The notes: generated by a model not told the origin, from the sequence alone. 64,000 bases of DNA from the human T2T-CHM13v2.0 reference genome, Homo sapiens (GCF_009914755.1 NC_060933.1), one strand, 5' to 3'; positions 12,008-26,290 are shown, counted from the stretch's first letter. Program-made: numbers and translations.

Positions 12008-15000
12008 ATGACAGGAGCAAAATCTCACATGTCAATGCTAACCCTAAATGTAAACAGTCTACACTCTCCCTTTAAAATGCATAAAGTGGTAAGCTGGATA
12101 AAAAGACAAGACACAACTGTCTGCTGTTTTCAGAAGATGCATCCTACATGAATGACACTCACAGGCTCAAAGTGAAAGAATGAAGAAAGATCTACCATGC
12201 AAATGAAAAACAAAAAAGAGCAGGAGTTGCTACCCTTAAATCAGATTAAAACATACTTTAAACCAACAACAATCAGGAAGGACAAAGAAGGGCATTATAA
12301 AATGATAAAAGGTTCAATTGAACAAAAAGACTTAACTATTCTAAACATATATGCACCCAACACTGGAGCACTCAGATTCATAAAACAAATTATTGGCCTA
12401 CAATAAAACGTAGATGGCAACACAATATTAGTGGGGGCTTTATCACTCCACTGATAGCATTAGACAGATCACTGAGGCAGAAAACTGATGAAGGAATTCT
12501 GGAATTAAACTTGACACTTGACCAGTTGGACCTAATAGACCTCTCTAGGATACTCAAGCCAACAATGACAGAACACACATTCTTCTCATATGCACATGGA
12601 ACGTATTCTAAGATTGCCCCACATGCTCAGTCATAAAGCAAGTCTCAATAAATTAAAAAAAATTAAAATCATACAAAGGCCACTCTCAAATCATAGTGAA
12701 ATAACAATAGAAATCAATACCAAGAAGATCTCTCAAAACTACACAAAAGCATGGAAATTAAGCCACATGCTCCCGAATAACTGTTGGGTGAACAATGAAA
12801 TTAAGGCAGAAATCAAAAAATTATTTGAAATTAATGAAAATAGAGACACAACTTTCCAAAATCTTTGGGATGTAGCAAAAGCAGTGTTAAGAGGAAAGTT
12901 TATAGTGCTAAAATGCCTTCATCAAGAGGTTAGAAAGATCTCAACTAAACAATCTAACATAACACTAGAGGAACTAGAAAAAAAGAGCACAATTCAATCT
13001 CACAGCTAGCAGAGGAAAAGACATAACTAAAATCAGATAATGACTAAATAAAATTGAGATGCAAAAGTCCATAAAATGTTAGTGAAACAAAGAGTTGGTT
13101 TTTCATAAGAATAAACAAGACTAATAGACTGCTAGCTAGAAAAACGAGGAAAAACAGACAGAAGTTCCAAAAAGCACAAGAAATGACAAAAATGACATTA
13201 CGACCAATCCCACAGAAATGCCAAAGATTTTCAGAGACCGTTATGAACACCTCTATGCACACAAAGTAGGAAATCTAGAGGAAATGGATAAATTCCTGGA
13301 AACATACAACCTCCCAAGATTGAACCAGGACGGAAGTGAAAACTTGAACAGACCTATAACAAGTTCCAAAATTGAATCAGTAATAAAAAACCTACCAACC
13401 AAATTTAGCCCTGGACCAGATGGATTCACAACTGAATTCTACCAAGCATACAAAGAAGAACTGATAGTAATCTTACTGAAACTATTCCATAATATTAAGG
13501 AGAGGGGCTCCTCCCTAACTCATTCTACAATGCCAGCATCATCCTGATATCAAAATCTGCCAGAGACACAATGAAAAAAGAAAACTTCAGGACAATATCT
13601 CTGATTAACATAAACACGAAAATCCTCAACAAAATATGAGCAAACTAAATCAAGAAGCACATCAAAAAGTTAATTCACAACAATCAAGTAGGCTTTATTC
13701 CTGGGATGCAAGGCTGGTTCAACATAACAAATCAATAAGTGTGATTCACCACATAAACAGAATGAAAAAACAAAAACCATATGATCATCTCAATAGTTTC
13801 AGAAAAAACCTTCAATAAAATTCAATATCCATTCATGATTAAAAACCCTCGACAGGCTAGGCATCAAAGGAATATACCTTAGAATAATAAGATCCACCTA
13901 TGACAAACCACAGCCAACATCATACTAAACAGGTAAATGCTGGAAGCATTTCTCTTGAGTACTGGAACAAGACAAGGATGCCCACTCTCACCACTCCTAT
14001 TCAGCATTGCCCTGGAAGTCCTAGTCAGAGCAACTAGGCAAGAGAAAGAAATAAATGGCATCCAAAAAGAAGAAGAAGTCAAACTGTCTCTCTTTGCTGA
14101 TGATATGATTTCATACATAGAAAACCCTAAAGACTTCTCCAAAAGTCTCCTAGAACTGATAAATAACTTCAGTAAAGTTTAAGGATACAAAATCAATGTA
14201 CAAAAATCAGTAGCAATTCTATACACCAATAACATTCTAGTTTAGGGCCAAATAAAAAAAAATACAATGCCATTTACAATAGCCACAAAATAGGAATACA
14301 TCTAACCATGGAAGTGAAATGTTCTACAGGGTGAACTACAAAACACTGCTGAAAGAAATCAAGATGACTGAATAAATATAAAAATACTCCATGCTCATGG
14401 ATTGGAATAATCAATATCATTAAAATGGCCACACTGTCCAAAGCAAGTTACCACTCCAATGCTATCCCTAGCAAAATATCAAGTCATTTTTCACAGAATC
14501 AGAAAAATATTCTAAAATTCATATGGAACCAAAAAGGAGCCTGAATAGCCAAAGCAATCCTAAGCAAAAAGAACGAAGCCAGAGACATCACATTACCCAA
14601 CTTCAAACTATACTAAAAGGCTACAGTAACCAAGCAGCATGGTTCTGGTACAAAAACAGACACAGAGACAAATAGAACAGAATAGAAAACCCAGAAATGG
14701 ACCCATACACCTACGACGATCTGATATTCAACAAAATTGACAGAAATAAGCAATAAGGAAAGGACTCTCTATTCAATAAATGGTGCCAAGATAATGGCTA
14801 GCCCTATGCAGAAGAATGAAATTAGACTCCTGCTTCTCACCATATACAAAAATTAACTCAAGATGGATTAAAGATTTAAATGTAAAACTTAAACTATAAA
14901 ATCCTAGAAGAAAACCTAGAAAATATCCTTCTCCACGTTGGCTTTGGCAAACAATTTATGGCTAAGTTCCAGAGAATAATTGCAACAAAACTAAAAATAG

Positions 15001-15760
15001 GCAAGTGGGACCTAATTAAAGAGTTTCTGTACAGCAAAAGAAATTACCAACAGAGTAAACAGGCTACAGAATGGGAGAAAATATTTGCAAACTATGCATC
15101 TGACAAAGATCTAATTTCCAGAATATACAAAGAACTTAAATCAGCAAGCAAAAAACAAATATTTTAATTGAAAATGGGTAAAGGACATGAACAGACGCTT
15201 ATCAAAGGAAGACATACAAACGGCCAATAAACATATGAAAAAAATGCTCAACATTCACTAATCATTAGAGAAATGGAAATCCAAACCACAGTGAGATACC
15301 ATTTCACAGTCATCAAAAGGCTATTAAAAAGCCAAAACATAACAGATGCTGGTGAAAAGATTGTGGAGAAAAGAGAACGCTTATACACTGCTAGTGGAAA
15401 TGTAAATTAGTTCAGCTACTGTGGAAAGCAGTTTGGAGATTTCTCAGAGAACTTAAACCAAAACTATTATTCAACCCAGCAATTCTACTGGGTAATCCAA
15501 ATATAAAATTTTTGTTACCAAAAAGATACATGCACTTGTATGTTCATTGCAGCCCTATTCACAACAGCAATAGAATCAACCTAGGTGCCCATCAACAGTG
15601 GGATTGTATAAAGAAACCGTGGTACATATACACCATGAAATACTACATGTCCATAAAAATAATGAAATCATGTTCTTTGTAGGCCATTATCCTAAACAAA
15701 TTAACACGAGAACAAAAAACGAAATACTGCATATTCTCAATTATAAGTGGGAGCTAAATA
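12008..15760 (+). pseudogene. L1 ORF2p remnant (EN, RT, C-terminus)
   Basis: ATG ACA GGA start; LTILNIYAPNTGA (EN); SPGPDGFT; [13 protein letters not shown]; LFADDMI (RT); many frameshifts and stops. Confidence 0.93.
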
Positions 15761-16271
15761 TTGAATACACATTGACATAAACGTAGCAACGATAAACACT
15801 CAGGACGACTAGATGGGAGAGGGAAGCACGGGCTAAAAATTCACCTATTACGTACTATGTTTACCACCTGGGTGATGGGACCATCATCAGCATTATGCAA
15901 TATACCCATGTAACAACCCCGCACATTTACCCTCTGAATCCAAAACAAAAAGAACAACAACAAAAATGCCTCTTCTACTATAATGTAAAATCTATGAAGG
16001 GAAGAATTTAAAAAACTTAAAATATTTAACATTATACAAGTCATATGTGTTATATATATTTAAATAGTCATATTCAACTTAGTATGTTTATTCATTATTG
16101 CCTGCTTCATCCCTATTGAATGTAGTCTTGACAGGAATTTCTATCCTTTTTGTCTGTGTAGTTCATCAATGTATCCTCAGTGCCCATATGCGGAGTGAAC
16201 AATTCAGAGTAATCAAGGACAACTCCAGCATTCCTAGTCTGAAAACTGGAAGGTTGAATTCGCTGTTCATA

Positions 16272-16778
16272 GGCGACAGGAGGAGTGAAGAGAGAAAGAG
16301 GGAGGAGTGAAGAGAGAAAGGGAGAGGAGCGAAGAGAGAGAGAGGAGAGAAGAGCTGCAGCCCTTTGGCAGCCCAGACCTGGGAGCTCCCGAAGCTAGGG
16401 CTGTGATTTGCCTTTTGGAGCCCTGAGGTTCCTGGAGTCTCCAAGTTTCCAGGCACCAATGCGTTCCGTTGCTGCGCTGCTTGGTGCAGCCACAGCCTTG
16501 CAGTGAGCCAGCACCCGTGCCAGCACCTGAAGCTGCCCATCCCGCTGTAGCAGCCATTGAGCCTGACTGTGTGCCAGACCCCACGCTCACTTCCTCACAC
16601 ATCCCTCACCGCTTCGCTCCAGTCTCTTTGGAGGCATGGGATCCACGCCAGTAGTGTCAGCTGAGCGCAGCCTGCCAGGATGAGTGGGCCCAGTGGACCC
16701 GAGCAAAACTCATGCAAAGGTGCCACCGCCACAGAGGTTTCTGGACAGAAAAGCAACACCCCCAAGGATCCCATAACA
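16272..16778 (+). mobile_element. MER52-like LTR, 3' portion only
   Basis: gagaagagctgcagccctttggcagcccagacctgggagctccc...cacagaggtttctgg...gatcccataACA terminus; no 5' TG terminus or TSD found. Confidence 0.75.
16280..16354. repeat. purine-rich tandem repeat (~21-bp unit x3)
   Basis: aggagtgaagagagaaag(a)ggg repeated. Confidence 0.75.
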
Positions 16779-16853
16779 GTATCAGTATTTTTCAGTCAGG
16801 AGGAAATTGCCTACTTCTTGTTGAGCAGTGTTGCTAAGGGTGTATTTAGGAGT

Positions 16854-17283
16854 TGTATCAGTTTCTAGGGCTGCTGTAATAAATTTACTACGAACTGTGG
16901 CTTCAAATAACAGCAATGTATCCTTTCACAGTTTTGCGGGCCAGAGCCCAAAAGCAAGGTGTTAGTAGGGCTGTGCTCCTTTAAAGGCTTTAGGGAAGAG
17001 TCCTTCCTTGCCTCTTCCAGCTTCTGGTGGCTGCTGGAAGTCCTTGGTTTCCTTGATTGGTGGCCACATCACTCCAATCTCTGCTGCTCCAAATCTCACA
17101 TCACCTTCTCCTCTTCTGTTATGAGGATACTTGTCATTAAATGTAGGGCCCACCTATGTAATCCAGGATGATCTAATTTCAATATCTTTGACTTAATTAC
17201 ATGTGCAAAAACCCCTTTTCACAGCTTCCAGGGATTTGGACATGAACATTTTTAAGTGGGGGGCCATTATTTGACCCACTACA
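16854..17283 (-). mobile_element. MLT1C-like MaLR solo LTR
   Basis: tgtatcagtttctagggctgctgtaa...ttccagcttctggtggctgc...cccactACA; 5-bp TSD ggagt/agagt. Confidence 0.85.
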
Positions 17284-18084
17284 AGAGTTCAAAGACTTCT
17301 CGGGAAATAGCATCCCTTACCCACTGACATGAGTCTGTTCATGCTGGGAGTGGTAGAAGATACCAGGACCTGAATGCCTTTGTTCCCATCTTTAACAGAC
17401 ACCACCCAAATTCAGTAATGGAGCAAGTGAATTTAGCACGAGTACATTTAATCTTCACACATATGTTGCTGGGTGCTAGAATTTAAAACATTGTTTTCAG
17501 CGCCCCCATTCTGACTGGTTCCCAGGGATGTAAGTCTCCTCAACACCCTGGCCAAAGCCTTACCTATTCTCTGAACCCCGCTCTGTTTTGTGCTATGGGT
17601 GGGAGGAGGGCATTACTTATTGACCTCCCTGTCCTCAATAACCTGGGTAACCGGAGACAGAGGAATCGAGCACCTCTATCCCTAAACCATCATGTTGGAA
17701 ATTCCTTACTGAAGCAAGTCATTCACAGTTGTGTCTTCCAAACAGTGCAATTTCATTTGTGTGTTAGGACAGCAACTCTACTAGAAACTACTTCACATCA
17801 ATAGAAACATCATTACAAAACAAGATCAATATTTCTGATTTTCATGCTTAGTGTTATTTTTTGAGAATGACCAGAAATTTTCATTTATATAGAGATATAC
17901 TCTATTCTGATAATCAGAAAGAACAGATAATGACTTTGGAGAACATCAAGATTAAGGTTCCTAAGGTAAACATTTACTCCCTGGTCAATATAATATTAAA
18001 ACCACTAGTACGTTTTACCTGAAAGAAAAATGAATCCATTTTTTTGGTCAACGAGTAATATAGGAAGTCCTATATCTGTTGCAT

Positions 18085-18365
18085 TTATTTTTAAACTTCT
18101 TTTTAAGTATAAGAATACAGTACATATATGGAAAAGTATGCAGTTCATAGGTGCACAGCCTAGTCAATTATCACAAAGTAAACACATCTGTTTAATCACC
18201 ATCCAGGTCAAGGAAAATACCATTGCCCACCTCACTGTCTTCAGGAAAGACCCCTGAGCCCCTTCTCTATCACTACCTTGTCCTTCTCACCAAAAGTAGC
18301 CGCTATCTTGATTGCTAAAAGGATTAATTTTGCCTGCTTTAGAATTTTATACTACATATATTCTT
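18085..18365 (-). mobile_element. old L1M 3' fragment
   Basis: cacaaagtaaacacatctgtttaatcaccatccaggtcaagg...ttaattttgcctgctttagaa resembles an old L1M 3'UTR in reverse. Confidence 0.5.
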
Positions 18366-19339
18366 TAAGCTTTTAAAAGTCAAAATATCTGGAAACCACT
18401 CCTTTCATGATATTTCATCTCAGAGGTAGAATAATTATTTCTTTGTAGGTAACTCTCTGTCGGAAAGATGAATAGCTTACTCCATAAATCATTAGCATAA
18501 AAACTTATTTATAATTTACATGAGAAGTCAGTATGAAGAGTAACATTATGACCTTGTGGTCAACACAATCACACAAATGGAATTATTAAAAATAAAGATA
18601 AATGAACCATGGAATTTTCAATTCGTAATTTACCTGGTTCTCTCTGTTCCTGTCCTTCTCTCTTGATAGTAAGGTGACTTTAGCCTTTGGGACACAGTAA
18701 CATTCTCTTGATTATTAAAAGTTTTTTTCTCTCTACCTGCTTGGTCTCTTGTTCATATGCAATTTTTCTCAACAAAAAGTGTTATTGTTTAGTAGTTAAA
18801 AAAAGAAATGACTTCAAAGTCAACAATATGTAGAAAGGCTTATATTTGGTGGCATATTTCAAAAATTATGAGTGACCTCAATTCTTATTAACACATGTAA
18901 GCATTATATTTACTCAATTCCAAGGAGAAATCAGGCGTAAGATGCAATGACAAAAGAAAAGGAAAGGCTGCATTGTATATAAAATCAGGTGTAGGTACAA
19001 TCGAGTTTCACAAATGTTGAAATGTGAAGGGAAAAGTGCATCTTAGGATTTAGGAATAGTGCCATTTGCTGATGATATCAGCAGCGATATGGTCCAGAGG
19101 TGGCTTGATGTTATTATAATTTCCTCTAAAAATACAAAAAATAAAAATAAAAAGTTCAGGAAGTCATTTAGAAATTTACATTGATGTCCCTCAGCTGTCC
19201 CTAGAAGTAGGAACGAGTTACCCTTTAGACATAATGGGGACATTTGTGCGTCCTGTCATTTTAGGAGTTCTACAAAGCCCCACTTTCCCTCAAATGTTTA
19301 TTGTCTACCATTCCTTTCTACTATCTTAAAAATCCCATC

Positions 19340-19483
19340 AAAACAAAACAAATAAAAGATAACTATGTGAGATGATGAATATGTTAATTTGCTTCACTAC
19401 AGTTACCTTTTCACTATCTATATCCATCTTATAACATCACGTTGTATACCTTAAAAATACGCAGTAAAATTTATTTTTTAAAA
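19340..19483 (+). mobile_element. severely 5'-truncated L1 (L1MA-type 3' tip)
   Basis: gataactatgtgagatgatgaatatgttaatttgctt...aacatcacgttgtataccttaaaaatac; flanked by aatcccatc copies. Confidence 0.75.
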
Positions 19484-19499
19484 AAGAATCCCATCTTTT

Positions 19500-19605
19500 T
19501 TTTTTTTTTTTTTTTTTTTTGGATGGGGTCTCACTTTGTCACCCAGGCTGGAGTGCAGTGGAGCGATCTCCGCTCACTGCAAACTCCACCTCCTGGGTTC
19601 AAGCG
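19500..19605 (-). mobile_element. 5'-truncated Alu (right-arm 3' end plus poly-A)
   Basis: T-run then ggggtctcactttgtcacccaggctggagtgcagtgg...gggttcaagcg; 16-bp TSD aagaatcccatctttt at 19484-19499 and 19606-19621. Confidence 0.93.
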
Positions 19606-20254
19606 AAGAATCCCATCTTTTGAATTAGTCCTTTGAACACTATTTGTACAAGATGTCTGGAAAAGGCAACTGGCTCCTGAATTTCTCCTCTAGCTTTCTC
19701 TTACTTCATTTGCATGGCTTAATTGTATATGTTAGCTAATTGTCATTATTAAAAGCACAGATCCTGACCTTAAGGGAATGAAGTGCTGGACAGATACCTC
19801 TTAATTTCCGCAACTACAATCTCAGTTTACTGAGAATGGAAAACTCCCTCCAAGGCCTGAGAATTCTTGGTTAACACGGAGGGCATTTCCCAAGAGTGTA
19901 GAAGAGGAAGCCCAACAGGCTGAGTAAGCTATTTCTTCACCTTGTATATTTAAGTTAGAGTACTACCTCTTTTGTGTGAACTTTAGGGAGTGGTCAGTAA
20001 ATGCCACTTATTTCAAATTGTTTCACTTTGGCTTGCTGGAAAGTAGATGTATTTTAGAGCAAGGTCATTTGGTATATTTGTAAAAATATACCAGACTTTC
20101 TTGATTATTTTCTTTAAATTAAGCTTACTTTTTGAAATATTATTTATTTTAAAGTAAGATTTTATATAAGTTCTCTAAATAGAATACCACTATCACTTCC
20201 CATAAATAGAAGATAAACCTATTTCCCGTTTTGGGAAATCGCTTAGAAGAATGT

Positions 20255-20410
20255 ATTTGGAATTTGGAATCAGAAGACCGGAGTAGTCATCTCAGCTCTG
20301 CTACTTCTGTGTTTTCTGGTTCTGGGAAAATCACTTGACTTCTCTGAGTCCCAGTCTCTTCATAAAAAAAAAAAAAAAAAAAAAAAAAAGGGACGGGATA
20401 ACAATGTCTT
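20255..20410 (+). mobile_element. MIR fragment containing an expanded A-run (20364-20389)
   Basis: ttggaatcagaagacc...cagctctgctactt...tcacttgacttctctgagtcccagt. Confidence 0.6.
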
Positions 20411-22579
20411 CTTTCTTTCTCAAAATGACATTAACTAAATCAAGCTGCAAAGGGAAATATGTGGTTCTTTTTATTTGTAAGCTTAAAGTCCAAGCAGTTA
20501 TGACAAATGGGTTTCACCTGAAGTGCAAATGCCCATTTATTCCTAGTGGTTCCTGGACCCCTTTATTGAGAAGGGTTGTGATGACCTGCCCCAAGCAAGG
20601 GGGGAAGAAGGCTGCTACTGCATAGTTCACGCTACTTAACTCCTGCCTCCTCTTTACCGAGCCCTCTTAGCTCACCAGAATCTGCATCTCAGAAGCCACC
20701 TCCCATTCAGCATGAACTTCCTTTTTATAAGAGCCCCCAAAAGTCACCTCAGGTAAATCACACTCATGAAATCTCTTTTCAGCCTAAAACTGTCTCCTAA
20801 AATGAAGCCCTCCCAGGCCCTTCTAATTCTGTCACCACTTTCTCACTCCTCCAAAATAAACTGCTTTTCAGTCCAAGGAATTCTTTAGAGAGAGAAGAAG
20901 AAACAAGGATCTGCCCGTGTAATTCTGTTGTTCTATCACTTTCTTTGCTTCATTATGTGTCACAGAGGTTTAGCAAGTACTCTCCAGAGGAGGCTGGGGT
21001 GGAGGAAAAATGTGTGAGGCCTGTGGCCTAGTTACTGTTGAAGTCTTCCTAGCAGCTTGCTTAATGCTAATTTCCTAGGCTTTGCAAATAGATCCTGCAG
21101 TGGAAACTGCTACCAATAGTGACGTAGTTGAAAAACCATGGGCCATAAAAAACTATTTATGACACTTCCCCCTTTTTCCAGCTCACACTCTGGAATGAAC
21201 CAGTAAACAAATAATTAACACACAAGCAAAATTATTCTTCTAGGGCTTAAGGCTCTGTCCTAGTAGGAAAAGAATACTGTAGAAGGAAACTTGACAGAGA
21301 ATACTTCGGAGAACTTAAGTGATGTTTTGATGCCCACAGATTCTGAAAGCTGACATCAACATTTCTAATATTTGTCCATTACTGTTTAATATGATAGGTT
21401 AAGTGTTGCTTCAGGGAGCTTGGAATTGTTCACTTCCAAGAAGTGAGGAGGATGCTTATTATTGCTCTTATGACTTCTCTTTAGAATTTGCATTGCTTTT
21501 ACCATCCACAAACTGCTCCTTGGTAATTTTTATTACTAACAAACCCATAACCTGATTGGTTTCTCTTGAAATAGAGGGTATTGTGAAGTCACTCAGGATA
21601 CAGATATAGTGCTGATGGGATCAATTAAAATGAATTGTAGTCCAGGAAAAGGTGCTTTGTGAAGCACTACGAGTGACAAAGATGAGTTTAGAAATAATCA
21701 CTTACTTTATGACCACATTTCATAGTCTTGCTCACCCAGATATTTGTGACAATCATATTCTGGACCTACATAAAGGGTGAGCTACAGGAAGACAAACTTG
21801 CAAACATTACGATTTGAAAATAATTGATGTTTACTAACAAGCACATCATCATTTCAAAGCACTTTCAAGAAAAAGCATCCTCTTTCCTAGACAACTAAAG
21901 AGGGCTGTTAATTCAGATGGAATCATCTGAAAGCTTTTTCTTATCACTAACTTACTTATTTTCTTTTAATCCCCTCCCCAATATAAATCATAGCACCTCT
22001 GGGTGATAGTATTTGAAAATGACAAAAAGAACCCAGATGTTGACTAAAGGCCAAGGTTAATTGGATATGTGTGAGACTGTGCTGTAACTTCTTATTGAAT
22101 TGGGTGGCTGAGCTGTATAGTTCTTGTGGCATTATTTCAGGATCTGAATTTAGTGATTACATAAGAAACTTCTAATGCGCTAAAGAGTTTAATAACCCAT
22201 GTCTAAACTTCCCTTCCATAACTTCAGTTTTCGTCCAGAATCTCCGTTACTCAGATCTTTTCAACGGCTTCTTTTCTGGCTGCTGAGGAACCCAGAAACT
22301 TCTGACTGGCTTTGAAGGGTTACTTCCCTTGCATTTTTTCTCTCCTTTCTTATCCTTCTTTCTCAGGCTGCTCGCTGTAATATCCCTCAAACTGGATCTT
22401 CTCCTCCCTCTGTTCCTTCTCCCCTCACCTTCATTTTATCAACCAATTCCCTATGTTTGACTTTTCTTTTTCTCTCTCTGCCTCTCCAAGTCATCAAGAC
22501 CCATTCAAGGTCCATTTCTTCCAGGGATCCGGATTAGTCCATTCTCTACCAAGCTTTCCTTCCTCTAAAATACCATTTT

Positions 22580-22845
22580 TAAAGCCATGTTATCCAGTAG
22601 AAATAAAATGCAAACCACACAAGTAAGTTTGTTATACTGTAGAAACAGATCAAATGAATTTTGACAATATAGTTTATTTAATCTATCATTTCTACCTGTA
22701 ATAAACTTAAGATTATTAATGAGATATTTCCATTTTTTTTGAAGTCTTAGAAATCTGGATTATATTTTATACTTAAAGCACATGTCAGTTTGGACAAGCC
22801 ACATTGCAAGTGTCCAGTGTGGCTAGAGCTTACTACATTGAACGG
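22580..22845. mobile_element. MER33/MER3-like hAT-Charlie DNA transposon
   Basis: cagtagaaataaaatgcaaaccaca...attattaatgagatatt...gccacattgcaagtg...tgtggctag. Confidence 0.7.
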
Positions 22846-23639
22846 TCCGGGTTCAGAGCCTGTGCCACATTCTCTAGCTCTCAATCATGTACTTCCTTAT
22901 TTCATAGCTTTCTACCAGACCAAATTGCAAACAACTCCGTAGAGTTGGCGGCTCCATTTTACACTTCCTCTGTCTTCACATTTTATTCCTGTGTGTGTAG
23001 TAAGCTATTAGTAATTGCCTATTGATGGATTGGTAATATTAATTTTATCTGTGACCTCTTAAACACAGCATACTTACTCCTACTACAGTTTCCTCAGGCT
23101 TGAAATTTCCCTCCTCTTCCCCATATTTATATTATGATTCAATAACCAAATCACCTCTGTTTTGTTAGATCTGAATCTCTGTGGGTATGTTGGATGAGAT
23201 TATAAGAAATAGATGTGCATTATTTGCAGTTCTATTGCACTAGAGAGCAGCATTTTCACAGAATACTCATCGTTCAGACAATTCAGGCAAAATAGGATTT
23301 ATAGCTGAAATCAATGGGATAATTGCCTCCATTGTTCTTTTTTGCTTTCCTAACAGAGACCTGGCCAACTCCTCGTAAGAGTCTCCTGGTCACAGAATCC
23401 AACCATGAAGCAGAGGCCCTTCAATTTGATTACAATGGCAAAGACACAGTTTTATAAGCTGAAACTAAATCACTGGGATAGGAATAGCTTATAAAATTGC
23501 AGGGAAGGAAGGTCGTGAAGAAGAAAAGGAAACCCTAGAGAGTACAAGGACAGATAGGGGACCTGAAGTAGAGGACAAGATGAGGAGATTACTAAATTCT
23601 GTCAGGGGTGCTAAAATGGGGGGAGCGTGCGAAACATAC

Positions 23640-24157
23640 TATAACTGGGAACCTCAGTTTTAAAAATATAGTTTAACCACCCACTTTCCTTTCATCTCTT
23701 CATTCCTTTCCTTTCCAGACACTCCCCTCTGGCAATGCCTGCTTATTTAATTATGTTCTTGCTTGAGAAATTCCAGAGGCCAATCTTGAAACAAACCATG
23801 CATGGAGCCCTGAGTGCAGAATCCTCCTGCTTAGCGAGGAGTCACTGACAGTCCACCACCACTGGGCTGAATTCAAAATAATACCAACTAGACCTCCAGA
23901 TGGGTGACTATCTGAGATAGCCATTGGAACAAGACACACAGACCCCGCCCCCTGCACCCCTCCTGCATGCCTCCCATACCAAGTTTTCCTTTGAACACTC
24001 TATGGTAAATTTTAAAATTTAAGATGGTTCTGTGACTATTGTTCACCATCTTCTTGGTTTGCTGCTTCTCCGATTAAAATCGCTTTTCCTCCCACCAACC
24101 TTCCTCTCTTATGTCTAGCTTTAGAGCAGCAAGCAGCTGAACCTGGGTTCAGTTACA
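23640..24157 (+). mobile_element. MER66-like solo LTR (ERV1)
   Basis: tataactgggaacctcag start; gaacaagacacacagacccc body; gcagctgaacctgggttcagttACA end; 4-bp TSD atac at 23636-23639 and 24158-24161. Confidence 0.8.
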
Positions 24158-25534
24158 ATACAAACCTTACCTATTCCACAGTTTTATAAACAAAATGCTG
24201 AGGTGTACTATTTCAAGCCCTGTTATCATTTACTTCAAGGGAAACTTCCCCAAAACAGAATGATGGAATTGTAATTCTAGAACTCTGCCAATAAACAATA
24301 ACATTCCTTGATTTTTCTCATCATATAAATTGTCAAAGTTACAAATGTTATCTCCATACACCTAATGTTTTAAGACATCTTACAGTCTTTATCGAGAATC
24401 TGTCAATTGGTTCTTATTAAATAAATAATTCATTTATTTAATTTTAAAGTCTTGTTTCTGTTTCTTATCAGTAACATCAATCTTAGCTCCCTGTTAACTT
24501 TCTTCTCATATAATAACAAATATATCTGCTATTGCTTAATAATGGAATAGCTTAACTTGGGTTAATTTTACATTTTAAACTTTTGGTGCCTTCACATGCT
24601 AGTGGAATTTTGACAGAAGAATCTTAAGATCACATCCAATTTAATAAAAACAAAGGCATAAATGAGGCCCCACAGTGGCTTCTGATGAAGGGCTTGAGAA
24701 TTTACTGTGGCCTAGCTGTGAAAATTCTTTTAAATTTCTGCTGCTGCTATTTTTTTCATTCAGGACCTATGCATGTTGCCCATGCACTGGCCAATTTTTT
24801 AGTCAAAAACAGAGGCCTCAACATGTTCTTGCTGACTACTGAGAGGCTGGGGAGATCTCAGTCTCAATACGTATTTGTCACTTGTTAGCTGACGCCTGGC
24901 ATTCTAAAACAGAAGCATCCCTCCTTTCCCTCACACATATTGTCAATGGAAATGGAAATGTTTACAGATGGAAGATTTTGCTTCTCAGTAATTTATGCCC
25001 ATGTTTGGCAAAGTGTATACAGTTTGCAGACTGGGCCAATCCATAATGCTTATTTTTTTCTATCTTATGTTTGCTTTAATTTTATTTATTGAGATTTAAT
25101 TTTAAATTTCTTACAGTTAATAATAAAAAAATTGGAATTTGTATTTTGAATGTCTGTGATTTGAAAATTTCATTTTCTAGAAGTTAATTTTTATTGCATT
25201 TTACAAAAGTACTGGCCTACAATGGGTCTGCTGTCACAGATAGTTCGAGAAATACTAATTTTATTCCTTGCTGTATGGAGTAGGCAAGAGATACCCCCAA
25301 CCTCCAACCTTAGAATGGATTTTGATAGGAGAAAGGAAACACAGAGCCCCGGAAGAAATAAAATAGGGGGAATAATGGTTTCAGTGAAAAACATTGCTGC
25401 CCTTATTAATTTGCTCGAGGCTAGTCCCTGTGCCTGTTCACAAACCTATCTTTCTACAAGCTTTAATTGAATACATTCTATGTTTAAGGCATTGTCTTTG
25501 TTGTCGAAAGATATAGCCTTTATTTTCTTCTTGT

Positions 25535-25722
25535 CCAGTGGTTCTCAGATTTGCCTGCTGTATATCAGAATAACTTGGGAAGCCTTGTTAAAGACTGTAG
25601 ATTCCAGGGTTCCATTTGAAAACCCACTGAATAAATATCTATGTGAATGGCATCTTCAAAGTTGTATTTTCAAAAGGTTTTGTGTGATTTTGATGTCTGG
25701 CTTGGTTTGGATAGCACTGCTT
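25535..25722. mobile_element. MER5-like hAT MITE
   Basis: cagtggttctca...atcagaataacttggga...agcactg termini. Confidence 0.6.
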
Positions 25723-25854
25723 TAGCCCTTGGTCACCTTTACCTTGAAATGAGGTAACGTACAATTAGCAATGATTGGAATATAAAAAAGGTAATAAACT
25801 CAATAATCATTTATTAAATACTCTACTTTTCCACATGATGGATACAAAGAAGTT

Positions 25855-26290
25855 GTAGTAGTGAGGATAATTAATGCTGGATACCATAAGCACAATACTC
25901 TCACCTTAATGGCACCATGTAATAGATCTTTATATCTTGCTCACACAGGGTCCTGTGCATATTTTCCTGTGCGTATTTCCAGGCTGTTTCCCTGGTGAAC
26001 TCTTCTCAAAACAGTAAATCAGAAATCCAGGCTCTTTCAGTTTGGAACCCCACCATCCTTATTACATGGCCTGTAGTTTGTCCATGAAAGAGACGAGAGA
26101 AGATCATATCTGAGGGATTTTTGAAGACCAGGCCTATACGTGGTGTGCATACCTTCTGCTCACATTGCCTGTCTAGAAGTAGTCACGGCACCTCAATTAG
26201 ATGAAAGGGGACAAAGAAATGACCTCTTCCCGAGTGACTGGGAAGGAAAAGAAGTGGTTTGGTGAATACATAGTGTTTTCTCTGCCACAG
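25855..26290. mobile_element. old MLT1 (J/K-like) MaLR LTR
   Basis: tcttgctcacac...ccaggcct...cttctgctcacattgcc...agtagtcacggc...gtgaatacatagtg...ctctgccaca; diverged. Confidence 0.5.

Larger units (their letters stand above)
9768..15966 (+). mobile_element. full-length decayed LINE-1, L1PA15/16-like
   Basis: ~1.3-kb 5'UTR (aagatg...gcagctagtgtgtgctactctcacagagag), ORF1 and ORF2 remnants, 3'UTR ending tacccatgtaacaaccccgcacatttaccctctgaatc and an A-rich tail. Confidence 0.93.

Noticed and set aside
9760-16008. gggaagaatt at 9760 and 15999 as the TSD of the full-length L1
   Set aside because: The second copy lies about 30 bp beyond the A-tail with unrelated sequence between, so it is probably chance
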